A stretch of 18,500 nt of DNA from NCBI GenBank assembly GCA_964427985.1, contig CAYRWJ010000019.1, positions 1 through 18,500 on the forward strand. Reading direction: 5' to 3'. Below are positions 1 through 8,074 of this stretch, piece after piece (positions within the stretch are counted from its first letter, which is position 1; every line of letters starts with the position of its first letter). The stretch is from an uncultured Methanosarcinales archaeon (GTDB lineage Archaea; Nanobdellota; Nanobdellia; Woesearchaeales; JABIAG01). Both the position numbers and the translations under genes were made by a program. The notes under the pieces were generated by a model, which worked only from the letters and a program-made list of their open reading frames with translations, searched no databases and was not told the DNA's origin.

Positions 1-2
1 AT

Positions 3-1418
3 GGAGTTACAATTCTAGAAGAAATGCAAATAGAACATCCTGCTGCAAAAATGATAGTTGAGGTAGCAAAAACACAAGAAGATGAAATTGGAGATGGAAC
101 TACTACTGCAGTAGTATTCGCTGGAGAACTGTTAAAACAAGCAGAAGGATTATTAGAAAAAAGAATACATCCTACGGTTATAGCTAAAGGATATAGACAA
201 GCAGCAGAAAAAGCTCAAGTAGTTCTTGGAAACATAGCTGAAAAAATAACAATAAAAGATGAAGATATAATTAGAAAAATTGCAATAACTGCCATGACTG
301 GAAAAGGGGCAGAAATTTCTAAACAAGCTTTAGCAGGAATAGTTGTTAATGCAATAATAAGTATTTATGATAAAAAATTCGAAAGAAACAATATTAGGAT
401 TGAAAAGAAAGTGGGTGGTTCTGTTGAAGATTCAGAATTAATAATTGGAATAGTAATAGATAAAGAAAAAGTACATTCAGGAATGCCTGATTTAGTTGAA
501 GAAGCACGTATAGCACTTTTAGATGTTTCTTTAGAAGTTCGTAATACTGAAATTGATGCTAAAATTTCTATAACTGACCCTTCACAAATGCAAGATTTCA
601 TAGATATGGAAGAAAAAATGCTAAAAAAAATGGTTGAAAAAGTAATAAAATCAAAAGCAAATGTTGTTGTATGTCAAAAAGGAATAGATGATTTAGCACA
701 ACATTATTTAGCAAAAGAAGGGATATATGCTGTTAGAAGAGTTAAAGCATCTGATCTGGCTGCATTATCTAAAGCAACAGGTGGAAATATAATTAATAAT
801 CTAAATGATTTAAATGAAAGTGATTTAGGAAAAGCAGGAATTGTTGAAAATGTTACTATTGGTGATGAAGAGATGACTTATATTAAGAAGTGTGTTGACC
901 CAAAAACAGTAACTATCCTAGTTCGAGGCGGAACCGAACATGTTATTGCAGAAATAAAACGAGCTTTAGAAGATGCAATAGGTGATGTTGTAGCTTCTTT
1001 AAAAGAAGGAAAAGTAGTTGCAGGTGCGGGTTCAACAGAAATGGAATTAGCTAAAGAAATAAGAAGTTATGCTGCTAGTTTGTCTGGTCGTGAACAATTG
1101 GCTGTTAACGCATTTGCAGAAGCATTAGATGTTATTCCAACTACTCTTGCTGAAAATGCAGGATTAGACCCAATAAATGTCTTGGCTGAAATGAAAGCAT
1201 CTCATGATAAAGATAAAAAATGGGCAGGGATTAACGTATTTACAGGAAAAGTAATGGATGCTTGGGAAAATGGGGTAATAGAACCATTGAAAATAAAAAC
1301 TCAAGCTATTTCATCAGCAACAGAAGTGGCAGTAATGATATTAAGAATAGATGATGTTATTGCAGCAGGGAAACCTGAACAACCACAAATGCCTCCTGGA
1401 ATGAACGGGATGATGTAA
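3..1418 (+). CDS. ths: Thermosome (group II chaperonin) subunit, 5' end cut by the window edge
   Basis: The frame is open from nt 3 ([17 protein letters not shown]...). It contains the GDGTTT nucleotide-binding motif, [17 protein letters not shown] and a Gly/Met-rich C-terminal tail (PPGMNGMM). Stop TAA at 1416-1418. Confidence 0.95.
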   Translation, partial: GVTILEEMQIEHPAAKMIVEVAKTQEDEIGDGTTTAVVFAGELLKQAEGLLEKRIHPTVIAKGYRQAAEKAQVVLGNIAEKITIKDEDIIRKIAITAMTGKGAEISKQALAGIVVNAIISIYDKKFERNNIRIEKKVGGSVEDSELIIGIVIDKEKVHSGMPDLVEEARIALLDVSLEVRNTEIDAKISITDPSQMQDFIDMEEKMLKKMVEKVIKSKANVVVCQKGIDDLAQHYLAKEGIYAVRRVKASDLAALSKATGGNIINNLNDLNESDLGKAGIVENVTIGDEEMTYIKKCVDPKTVTILVRGGTEHVIAEIKRALEDAIGDVVASLKEGKVVAGAGSTEMELAKEIRSYAASLSGREQLAVNAFAEALDVIPTTLAENAGLDPINVLAEMKASHDKDKKWAGINVFTGKVMDAWENGVIEPLKIKTQAISSATEVAVMILRIDDVIAAGKPEQPQMPPGMNGMM

Positions 1419-1420
1419 TA

Positions 1421-2149
1421 TTAATTCCAAGCAAATAAGAAGAAATCTAAATATTCTTTTGCTAAACTTTTATTTTTTATTAATATTAGAGTTGGAGTTG
1501 TGTCCCAATTCATTATAATTATTTTATCTTGAAAAATTCCAACATCTCCTGGAAAAGAAACTTTGCTAAATCTTGTTTTCCAGTACTTATGATTTATGAC
1601 TTTGTGTTGTTTTTTAAATTTACTTTCATTTTTTTTTGAAATTAATAAGTGTGAGATGATTTTTTTCTCTTTTTTTAATACGCCAGACCAGTCATAAAAT
1701 ATTTTAGCTTTTTTATCAGAACTAGATTTTCCTGTTCCGTAACTATAATGGATTGAATCGGGAGTTGAGTCTGAAAAAAACTCAATGATTGCGCCTCTTA
1801 AGGCTTTCATACCTTCAAACATTTTAACTTCGTTCTTATTATTTGATTTTTTTTGAAGAATTTTTAATTGATTTATATTATTTTCAATATTTCTTTTTTT
1901 TTCATTAAATAAATCTAAAATTTTGTTTGGGTCAGATGCTAAAAAATATTTAGTTTTAATTTTAGTAATCCAACTAACTAAACTTTTGTTTTCTAGTGAT
2001 TCTAGGACTGCGTATATTTTAGAGTTAGGTACTTGTGATTTTTTAGATAGTGGGCCCGTTGTGGTTTGTCCTAATTCTAATAATGCACAATAAACTTTTG
2101 ATTCACGTTCAGTAAGACCTATTTCTGTTAGTAATTCATTAACATTCAT
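1421..2149 (-). CDS. TrmB-like winged-helix transcriptional regulator, paralog 1 (242 aa)
   Basis: The N-terminus LTEIGLTERESKVYCALLELGQTT...IYAVLESLENKSLVS matches the TrmB-type HTH pattern, followed by a ~150-aa C-terminal domain. ATG start; divergent from SBP1. A TATA-like box is centred ~25 nt upstream of the ATG. Confidence 0.8.
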   Translation of the reverse strand: MNVNELLTEIGLTERESKVYCALLELGQTTTGPLSKKSQVPNSKIYAVLESLENKSLVSWITKIKTKYFLASDPNKILDLFNEKKRNIENNINQLKILQKKSNNKNEVKMFEGMKALRGAIIEFFSDSTPDSIHYSYGTGKSSSDKKAKIFYDWSGVLKKEKKIISHLLISKKNESKFKKQHKVINHKYWKTRFSKVSFPGDVGIFQDKIIIMNWDTTPTLILIKNKSLAKEYLDFFLFAWN

Positions 2150-2164
2150 GCTTGTTATAATCTG

Positions 2165-2197
2165 GTTGTATATTTAAATGTTTTTGTTACTTCTCCC
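2165..2197. promoter_or_regulatory. Conserved intergenic block A, copy 1 (TGTATATTTAAAT...TTCTCCC); candidate TATA/promoter of a leaderless trmB-like gene
   Basis: 33-nt block, about 27/33 identical to 4080-4112. It starts exactly 16 nt from the regulator ATG in both cassettes. The TATA-like core is 2167-2179. Confidence 0.5.
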
Positions 2198-2198
2198 T

Positions 2199-2230
2199 TG
2201 GGGGGTAAATGGAGTTTATATGTTGTTTTG
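2199..2230. promoter_or_regulatory. Conserved intergenic block B, copy 1 (GGGGTAA..ATGGAGT.TATA..GTTGT)
   Basis: Alignable by eye with 7993-8034 and 10048-10089. It lies 46-77 nt upstream of the SBP1 start. Confidence 0.45.
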
Positions 2231-2275
2231 CGTTATTTAACGATAAGGGGGATGAAATCGAGTAAACGAGGTAAA

Positions 2276-3328
2276 ATGAAATGGATAATGATTTTAGCAA
2301 TGTTACTTTTGTTAGTTGGTTGTAGTTCAACAAACACATTTAAAGTTGGAGTAATAGCTCCGCTGTCTGGAAATCAGGCATTTATAGGAAATGATTTCAA
2401 AGAGGGATTAGAATTAAATTCTGAAATAGAATATGTTTATCAAGATAGCCAAGGGAGTGTAATTGGTGCAGTATCAGCATATCACCAATTAAGAGTAGAG
2501 GATGTTGATGCAATGGTTGTTGTAAGTTCAGGAGATGAAGCAATACTTGAACTAGCAGATAAAGATGAAATTCCTTTGATTTTAACAGTATCATCCACTG
2601 GAGGTTTACCTTCAAAAAGTTCTTGGGTCTTTAGATATTTTACTAATGCAGATAGTGATGCTCCTGTAATTGTAGAATATGCAACTGAAGACTTGGAGTA
2701 TAATAATTTTGCAATTTTACATGTTGTAGATAATTTCGGATATAGTTATGCAACTGTTTTTCAATCAGAAGTTGAAAAAATGGGCGGAACCATAGTTGGA
2801 GTTGAACAATTTCAATATACTGATTATGAATACCGAACACAACTATTGAAATTAGAAGAAGAAAATCCGGATGCAATTTATGTTATAGGATTAGATTATC
2901 AGATTGCAGAAGCGCTAAAAGAAATAAATGAATTAAATATTGATGTTCAAGTATTATCTTTAGGGACAATAGCAACAGACTATGCAATTGGATTAGCAGA
3001 GGGAACAGCAGAAGGAGTTTACACAACTGCATTTTGCACAGATGGAACCCCTGAAAACTATAAATCTGAGTTTGAAGTAAAATATGGTTATGAACCTGGA
3101 TTCTTCTCAGAATTAGGAAATGACATTGATAACTTTATTGAGTTATCTGAAGCAGATGATAATGTTGAATTTAGAGATAATTTACTCTCTCTGAAAAATG
3201 TTGAATCAAATGCAGGACTTGTTAGTTCGGATTCAAATGGTGAGTTAATAATGCCTGTTTGTGTTAAGAAAATTCAAGATGGAAAAATATTGAATCTTCA
3301 AACAGGAAAATATTATAATGAAGATTAA
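2276..3328 (+). CDS. LivK-like (type I periplasmic-binding fold) substrate-binding lipoprotein, SBP1
   Basis: MKWIMILAMLLLLVGCSS is a signal peptide with a lipobox-like LVGC. FKVGVIAPLSGNQAFIGN and NPDAIYVIG are typical of Leu/Ile/Val-binding-protein-family SBPs. Start moved to ATG 2276 (GAGGT 4 nt upstream); the track's TTG at 2198 lies in the promoter region, and ATG 2252 is an alternative. Confidence 0.8.
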   Translation: MKWIMILAMLLLLVGCSSTNTFKVGVIAPLSGNQAFIGNDFKEGLELNSEIEYVYQDSQGSVIGAVSAYHQLRVEDVDAMVVVSSGDEAILELADKDEIPLILTVSSTGGLPSKSSWVFRYFTNADSDAPVIVEYATEDLEYNNFAILHVVDNFGYSYATVFQSEVEKMGGTIVGVEQFQYTDYEYRTQLLKLEEENPDAIYVIGLDYQIAEALKEINELNIDVQVLSLGTIATDYAIGLAEGTAEGVYTTAFCTDGTPENYKSEFEVKYGYEPGFFSELGNDIDNFIELSEADDNVEFRDNLLSLKNVESNAGLVSSDSNGELIMPVCVKKIQDGKILNLQTGKYYNED

Positions 3329-3335
3329 ATGTCTT

Positions 3336-4064
3336 TTATTTTTTTATTTTCCAAATAGCATCAAACATAAACCTAAATGAGTTGGCTATTTGTTTTGAAT
3401 TAATCATTACTGCGGTGGGGATGTCTTCAAAAGAAGCAATTAATACTGTATCTCCATAAATTCCAATTCCTCTTGGAGCAAAATCATTAACATACTTAAT
3501 TTGCCAATTTTTAACATTCTTAAAACGAGTTTCAAATACATTTTTATCAGAGCGGTTAACAATTAATTTAACTTTATATTTCATTTTAATTCGTTTTAAT
3601 TGATAATTTTCAAAGAAAACTTTTACTGATTTTGGTTCATTCTTATTTGAACCAAGAGCAAAAGCAAGATATTCACTTCCTTTTGGCAATATCTCAAGAA
3701 CAGAATTAAATGCAGTTTGGATTCCTTTCCAACCAATAAACATTTTAGTTTCAGGTTGGTTTTGGGAAAGTGAAATATTTTCTAGTTCAGGAATCAAGTC
3801 TGCAAGTTTAGATTTTTTATCTTCCCAAAGATGCATGATGTTTTTTGGTTCTGTTGCGGAGAAGTATTTAGTCTTAGATTTTATGATAAATGTAACTAAA
3901 CCTTTCTGAATTAAATCATCTAATGCTCTATAAACAACCGAACCTGCAATTTGAGCTATTTTTATTATGTTTCCAGACTTGGTTTGCCCCAACTCTAATA
4001 GTGTTGTGTAAACGATTATTTGGGAATCAGTTAAACCTATTTCTTCTAGTATTTTTAAATCCAT
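3336..4064 (-). CDS. TrmB-like winged-helix transcriptional regulator, paralog 2 (242 aa)
   Basis: LEEIGLTDSQIIVYTTLLELGQTKSGNI...VYRALDDLIQKGLVT. Same length and architecture as paralog 1; divergent from SBP2. Confidence 0.8.
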   Translation of the reverse strand: MDLKILEEIGLTDSQIIVYTTLLELGQTKSGNIIKIAQIAGSVVYRALDDLIQKGLVTFIIKSKTKYFSATEPKNIMHLWEDKKSKLADLIPELENISLSQNQPETKMFIGWKGIQTAFNSVLEILPKGSEYLAFALGSNKNEPKSVKVFFENYQLKRIKMKYKVKLIVNRSDKNVFETRFKNVKNWQIKYVNDFAPRGIGIYGDTVLIASFEDIPTAVMINSKQIANSFRFMFDAIWKIKK

Positions 4065-4079
4065 GGTAACTTTTTATTT

Positions 4080-4112
4080 GATGTATATTTAAATCTTTTT
4101 AATTGTTCTCCC
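4080..4112. promoter_or_regulatory. Conserved intergenic block A, copy 2
   Basis: GATGTATATTTAAATCTTTTTAATTGTTCTCCC starts 16 nt from the regulator ATG (4064), the same spacing as copy 1. Confidence 0.5.
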
Positions 4113-4191
4113 AAAAAGAATAACAAACTATTATATGTGGCTTTGTGTTCTCTAATTAGTAATGAAATCAACAATAAAAAGAGGGAAAAAG

Positions 4192-5241
4192 ATGAAATTT
4201 AAAATTTTATTTATTGTATTGTTAATCAGCTTAACTTTTTTAGTTGGTTGCGAAAAAAATACAAATGAAGAACTTGATGTTGCTTTAATTTTGCCTGTAA
4301 CTGGAAAAGGGGCAGGAGTTTCACAAGATTTTATGTATGGAATAGAACTAGCAAAAAAAGAATTGGGAAGTGATGAAATCAATTTTTATTTAGAAGATAC
4401 TCAAACAAATCCAAAAGAGGCAGTGACTGCATTAACACAATTATTGAGCACAAAAGAGATAGATTTAATCGTAACAATGCAAGCACAAACATCACAACCC
4501 TTATTAACAATTGCAGATCAAAATAATATTCCCATAATATCTACGTTAACATCACTTCGAAAAGAAGAATTTACACGAAAAAGTGAAAACGTTTTTTTAG
4601 ATTATCCGCTTCCAGAATATGAGATGAAACCAACAATTGAATTTATGCAAAACAAAGGGTTTGAAAATATAGCAACTCTAACTGTTCAGGATGAATTTGG
4701 AAACACAATGCTTTCATTATTAGATGAACAAGTTGAATTAGTTATTGAAGAGAAGTATTTGATATCTGAGTTAGATTATAGAACTCAATTAATTAAAATA
4801 AAAGAATTAAACCCTGATGCAATATACGTAATAGGATATCCTGCACATCTTATAAGTTTCTTGAAACAAAGAAAAGAATTAGACATGCAAGAAATTCCCG
4901 TAATCTCAACAATGCACATTCAAAGTGGGTTTGTAAGAGCAAAATCAAAAGGAATAATGGAAAATGTATATGCTGTAACTCCAATTTCTTTAGTTTAAGA
5001 TAACTCAGATTTTAGTGAAAGATTTGTTGAAATAAACGGGGTGGAACCTGATGTTTTAGCAGCGTATGGGTATGATTTAGTAATGATGTTAAATCAAATT
5101 AAAGATAAAGAAGATGTTAAAACTGCCCTGTATGAAGTAAACATTGAAGGAATTAATGGAAACATAAGTTTTAATGAATATGGCGAAATTGATATGCCTT
5201 TGGTGGTTGTAGAAGCAGAAGGAAGAACAATAGTTAATTAA
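4192..5241 (+). pseudogene. LivK-like substrate-binding lipoprotein SBP2, interrupted by a single in-frame TAA (4996-4998)
   Basis: ORFs 4162-4998 and 5041-5241 are in the same frame. Reading through the TAA gives ...AVTPISLV*DNSDFSERFVEINGVEPDVLAAYGYD..., a contiguous full-length SBP (~349 codons, like its paralogs). Signal/lipobox is MKFKILFIVLLISLTFLVGCEKN. The likely start is ATG 4192, preceded by GAGGG. Confidence 0.75.
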
Positions 5242-5243
5242 CG

Positions 5244-5270
5244 TCCACCAAAATAAATATCTTTTATTTT
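5244..5270. repeat. Direct repeat, left copy (27 bp perfect; 33 bp imperfect from 5238): orphan copy of the livF 3' end
   Basis: TCCACCAAAATAAATATCTTTTATTTT is identical to 5990-6016. The reverse complement of 5238-5270 reads ...KIKDIYFGGR*, the same C-terminus as the ATPase ORF. Confidence 0.9.
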
Positions 5271-5296
5271 AAAATCAAAACCTTTATATATTCTTG

Positions 5297-5313
5297 GATA
5301 CTTTTTAAGTATC
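5297..5313. promoter_or_regulatory. Perfect palindrome GATACTT-TTT-AAGTATC downstream of a TATA-like box (5283-5293); candidate operator of the RelE-type TA module
   Basis: A 7-bp inverted repeat with a 3-nt spacer sits between CCTTTATATATTC and the AGGTGA ribosome-binding site/ATG 5338. Confidence 0.45.
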
Positions 5314-5337
5314 AGTTGATGCTTAAAGGTGATAAAT

Positions 5338-5640
5338 ATGCAAAAGTTAAAAATTACAAAAAATGAATTAATCGAGAAAAAAAGGTTTAAAACAAAAAGA
5401 TATCCTAATTTAAATACTGTTTTAATGGTAGAAGACTTTTTGAAAGAACATAGCGTTCCAATGTCTTTGGCAAATCTAAAAAAAAAGCTTCCAAGACAGG
5501 TAATGCACCAAACTCTAAAAATTATTTTACAATACTTATGGAAAAGTGGAAAAATAATTTATGGACCTAAAGGAATACAATGGATATATGTTGAACCCGA
5601 ACATCTTAAACAAATGATGCAAGATTCTTTGGAATTGTAA
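5338..5640 (+). CDS. Putative antitoxin / small DNA-binding protein of the RelE-type module (100 aa)
   Basis: The call is positional. Its stop (5638-5640) is 1 nt from the toxin ATG. AGGTGA lies 6 nt upstream of ATG 5338 (the track's GTG 5329 is rejected). No recognisable family by eye. Confidence 0.45.
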   Translation: MQKLKITKNELIEKKRFKTKRYPNLNTVLMVEDFLKEHSVPMSLANLKKKLPRQVMHQTLKIILQYLWKSGKIIYGPKGIQWIYVEPEHLKQMMQDSLEL

Positions 5641-5641
5641 A

Positions 5642-5983
5642 ATGTTCATGGAAAAAGAGGTTAGAATTTTATTAAAAGGACAAGCTAAAGATTCTTATAT
5701 TAAGTTAAAGAAAAGAGAAGATAAAGAATCTAAAAGTATATTAAAATCTGTTGAAAGAGTTACAAATATTCTTAAAGAAAATCCTCAATTTGGGGATCCA
5801 ATTAAAAAGATGTTAATTCCTGATGAATTAAAAAAAGTAGGAATACAAAATATCTATAGAGTTGAATTATCTAATTATTGGAGGATGTTATATACTTTAG
5901 AAGGAAATGAAATAAGTATATTTCTTTTTGTTTTAAAAATATTTAATCATAAAGAATATAACAAATTTTTGGGATATAAATAA
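5642..5983 (+). CDS. RelE/ParE-superfamily toxin (113 aa)
   Basis: The C-terminal pattern NIYRVELSNYWRMLYTLEGNEISIFLFVLKIFNHKEY matches the RelE/ParE core (YR..L..YR.iY.i....i.il.i..R..aY). An ENPQFGDPI segment lies upstream. Tightly coupled to the preceding small ORF. Confidence 0.7.
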   Translation: MFMEKEVRILLKGQAKDSYIKLKKREDKESKSILKSVERVTNILKENPQFGDPIKKMLIPDELKKVGIQNIYRVELSNYWRMLYTLEGNEISIFLFVLKIFNHKEYNKFLGYK

Positions 5984-6898
5984 TTATCTTCCACCAAAAT
6001 AAATATCTTTTATTTTTTTATTTTTTAAAATATCTTTCTTGCCTTTTAATGCAATCTTACCATCTTCTAAAATATAAGTTGTGTCTGCAATCTCAACAGC
6101 TTGTTTAGCATTCTGTTCAACAATTATGACCGATATTCCTTCTTGATTTATTTTTTTAATTATTTTAAAAACTTCTTTCATAGCTTTAGGAGAAAGACCT
6201 AAAGAAGGTTCATCTAAAAGTAAAAGTTGGGGGTTTTGAATTAATGCTCTTGCTATTGCAAGCATTTGTTGTTGTCCGCCTGATAAAGTAAAATTCATAT
6301 CATGTTCTATTAATAAAATAGTATCACCTTGTTTTTTTAGTTGTTTGATAATTTTAGCAATAGTGTTTCGTAATTGTGGATTAACACCTGCAACAGGTTC
6401 ATCAAGCATTAATAATTTATGTGGGTTTAAGATTGACCTCGCAATTTCAGTTAAACGTTTTTGACCAAAACTAAGTTCTGATGTTTTTTTATCTTTGTGT
6501 GCATACATTTGAACTAGTTTTAAAATAGGATCAATATTTTTAAGATCTTTATTTAAACCTAAAAAGTTTTTCCAAAATTTAGTATCTTCTTGATTTGTTG
6601 CTAATTTTAAGTTTTCTTCAATAGTCAAGTTGCTAAACAAACGTGATTGTTGAAATAATCTAGAAATGCCCTTATTAGAAATTTGTTCAATTGGTAAACT
6701 AGTTATGTCTTGTTTATTAAAAACGATTTTTCCAGAATCTGGAGTAATAATTCCCGAAACAAGATTAAATAAAGTAGATTTACCAGAACCATTAGGACCA
6801 ATTAACGCAGTAATAGAATTTGGTTTGATTTCAAAACTACACCCATCAACAGCTTTAACGCCCCCAAAGTATTTTTTAAGGTTAGATATTTGTAACAT
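5984..6898 (-). CDS. livG/F: ABC ATPase: in-frame chimera of LivG (aa 1-~203) and the C-terminal ~100 aa of LivF; possibly non-functional
   Basis: The order is Walker A GPNGSGKST, Q-loop RLFQQ, signature LSFGQKR, Walker B LLMLDEP and H-loop LLIEHDM. A second signature LSGGQQQMLAIARAL then follows directly, with a second Walker B LLLLDEPSLGL, a LivF-type VEQN and the tail IYFGG. There is only one Walker A. Junction ~6287-6292. Confidence 0.85.
   Translation of the reverse strand: MLQISNLKKYFGGVKAVDGCSFEIKPNSITALIGPNGSGKSTLFNLVSGIITPDSGKIVFNKQDITSLPIEQISNKGISRLFQQSRLFSNLTIEENLKLATNQEDTKFWKNFLGLNKDLKNIDPILKLVQMYAHKDKKTSELSFGQKRLTEIARSILNPHKLLMLDEPVAGVNPQLRNTIAKIIKQLKKQGDTILLIEHDMNFTLSGGQQQMLAIARALIQNPQLLLLDEPSLGLSPKAMKEVFKIIKKINQEGISVIIVEQNAKQAVEIADTTYILEDGKIALKGKKDILKNKKIKDIYFGGR
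5990..6016. repeat. Direct repeat, right copy (inside the 3' end of the ATPase ORF)
   Basis: Identical 27-mer to 5244-5270. The extended 33-bp version (5984-6016) differs only in the Arg codon (TCT vs ACG on the + strand). Confidence 0.9.
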
Positions 6899-6929
6899 AT
6901 AGTATTAGTAATAAAGTGGTTAATAAATT

Positions 6930-7979
6930 TTATGATGTCACCCAGTTTTTACCATTAAATGTAAAGATGGTTGAGTTTCTGTTAACAATGCCGTTTTTAT
7001 TGAATTTTAAAGTTCCATCTAATCCTTCAAATTCAGAACTAAGCAAAGTATCTCTTATATATAAGTTATTACCTTTACAGTCTTTTATAATTGGAACTAT
7101 TAAATCAATAGACTCATAAAAATTATAAGACCAATCGTTTCCGATTGAATTAAATCTTGTTTTGAGTAAAAAATCAACAGCTTTTACTTTGGGGTTTTTT
7201 TCAATATAAAAATCTGAACCTATTCCTGAACTAAATACTTTCCCAAGTTCATTAATCGGATTGCATCCTCCTGTAATGTGGGGACAGATAAGTTGAAAAT
7301 CTTTCATGTTAAATGCCTCCATTTGTTTAATTAAAAGGGGCAAGTTTGTTGTAGAAATCCGCAAAAGAATAAAATCAGGATTTTGAGCTTTAATTTTCAT
7401 TAAATGAGTTTTGAAATCTTTATTTTCTCTATCAAAAAGTTCAATATTCAAATTAAAACCTGTGTCTTCAAATGCTTTAATACAGATAAGGGTGGATTCA
7501 GCATTCTGTCCTAATACGCTTCCTTTTTTCCCTTTCACCATTTTAGCTAATTCTTTACAATCTTTTTCAATGTCAATATAATTTTTAAAAACAAAAGAGT
7601 TTTCCTTTGCGGGAGAACTTAAAACTGAAGTATAAAATAAGGGTACTTTGTTAAGTTCTGCAATATCTGCTACAGATGCACTGACACTTGACATGGCAGT
7701 CATTATTAAATCCACCTGGTCAATATTTATTAATTTTAAAGCAGCACTTACAGATTTGCCTGTATCACCTTCATTATCTTCAATAATGAATTCAATATCG
7801 GGATAATCTTCTTTTTTTAATTCTAAAGATTCAAGTGCTTTTTCTCCATAATACGCAAAATGTCCTGAAACTGGGATTATAACTCCTATTTTGTATGTTT
7901 CATCTTTTACTGTATTGCCCGTTGTACATGCTGTAAGAACTAGTAAGAGTAACATTGTTATTATCATCCATATTTTCAT
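6930..7979 (-). CDS. LivK-like substrate-binding lipoprotein, SBP3
   Basis: MKIWMIITMLLLLVLTACTTG is a signal with a lipobox-like LTAC. YKIGVIIPVSGHFAYYG and NPDFILL are also present. AAAGGT lies upstream of the ATG. It sits directly upstream of the ATPase ORF on the same strand. Confidence 0.8.
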   Translation of the reverse strand: MKIWMIITMLLLLVLTACTTGNTVKDETYKIGVIIPVSGHFAYYGEKALESLELKKEDYPDIEFIIEDNEGDTGKSVSAALKLINIDQVDLIMTAMSSVSASVADIAELNKVPLFYTSVLSSPAKENSFVFKNYIDIEKDCKELAKMVKGKKGSVLGQNAESTLICIKAFEDTGFNLNIELFDRENKDFKTHLMKIKAQNPDFILLRISTTNLPLLIKQMEAFNMKDFQLICPHITGGCNPINELGKVFSSGIGSDFYIEKNPKVKAVDFLLKTRFNSIGNDWSYNFYESIDLIVPIIKDCKGNNLYIRDTLLSSEFEGLDGTLKFNKNGIVNRNSTIFTFNGKNWVTS

Positions 7980-7992
7980 TTTTACCTTTAAA

Positions 7993-8034
7993 GTGAGGTA
8001 ACTAAATGAGGTATATAAAGACTTGTTGTAATGA
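7993..8034. promoter_or_regulatory. Conserved intergenic block B, copy 2
   Basis: GTGAGGTAACTAAATGAGGTATATAAAGACTTGTTGTAATGA is ~31/42 identical to 10048-10089, although the flanking proteins are only about one-third identical. Confidence 0.5.
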
Positions 8035-8074
8035 TGATGGCAACACTTATATACTTCTTGGTTTTTGGTTAATC

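Noticed and set aside
365-601. 78-aa minus-strand ORF inside the thermosome gene
   Set aside because: It is antisense to a confidently identified CDS, has a low-complexity S/I/T-rich translation, and is a typical shadow ORF in AT-rich DNA.
2198-2275. Upstream extension of SBP1 (TTG at 2198) and the analogous extensions at 8006 (TrmB-like 3), 4162 (SBP2), 5329 (GTG, antitoxin) and 17256 (TTG, L37Ae)
   Set aside because: The extensions run through TATA-like and conserved intergenic blocks and add residues before the signal peptide or before the conserved N-termini. Internal ATGs have proper GGAG/GAGGT sites or leaderless TATA spacing.
2397-2876. Two minus-strand ORFs (72 and 77 aa) inside SBP1
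   Set aside because: They are antisense shadows with L/H/Q-rich nonsense-looking translations and no start context.
4152-4382. 76-aa minus-strand ORF over the SBP2 start
   Set aside because: It is antisense to the SBP2 signal peptide region and runs through the promoter; no supporting features.
4996-4998. TAA as a programmed recoding or readthrough site
   Set aside because: TAA terminates several unambiguous genes in this window, and no known archaeal recoding uses TAA. A nonsense mutation or a consensus error is more parsimonious.
5041-5241. 66-aa GTG-initiated ORF as an independent gene
   Set aside because: It is in the same frame as SBP2 and its sequence is simply the C-terminal lobe of the SBP. 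It is better explained as the tail of a gene interrupted by one TAA.
6666-7119. Plus-strand ORFs 6666-6902 and 6916-7119
   Set aside because: They are antisense to the ATPase N-terminus (Walker A region) and to the SBP3 C-terminus; shadow ORFs.
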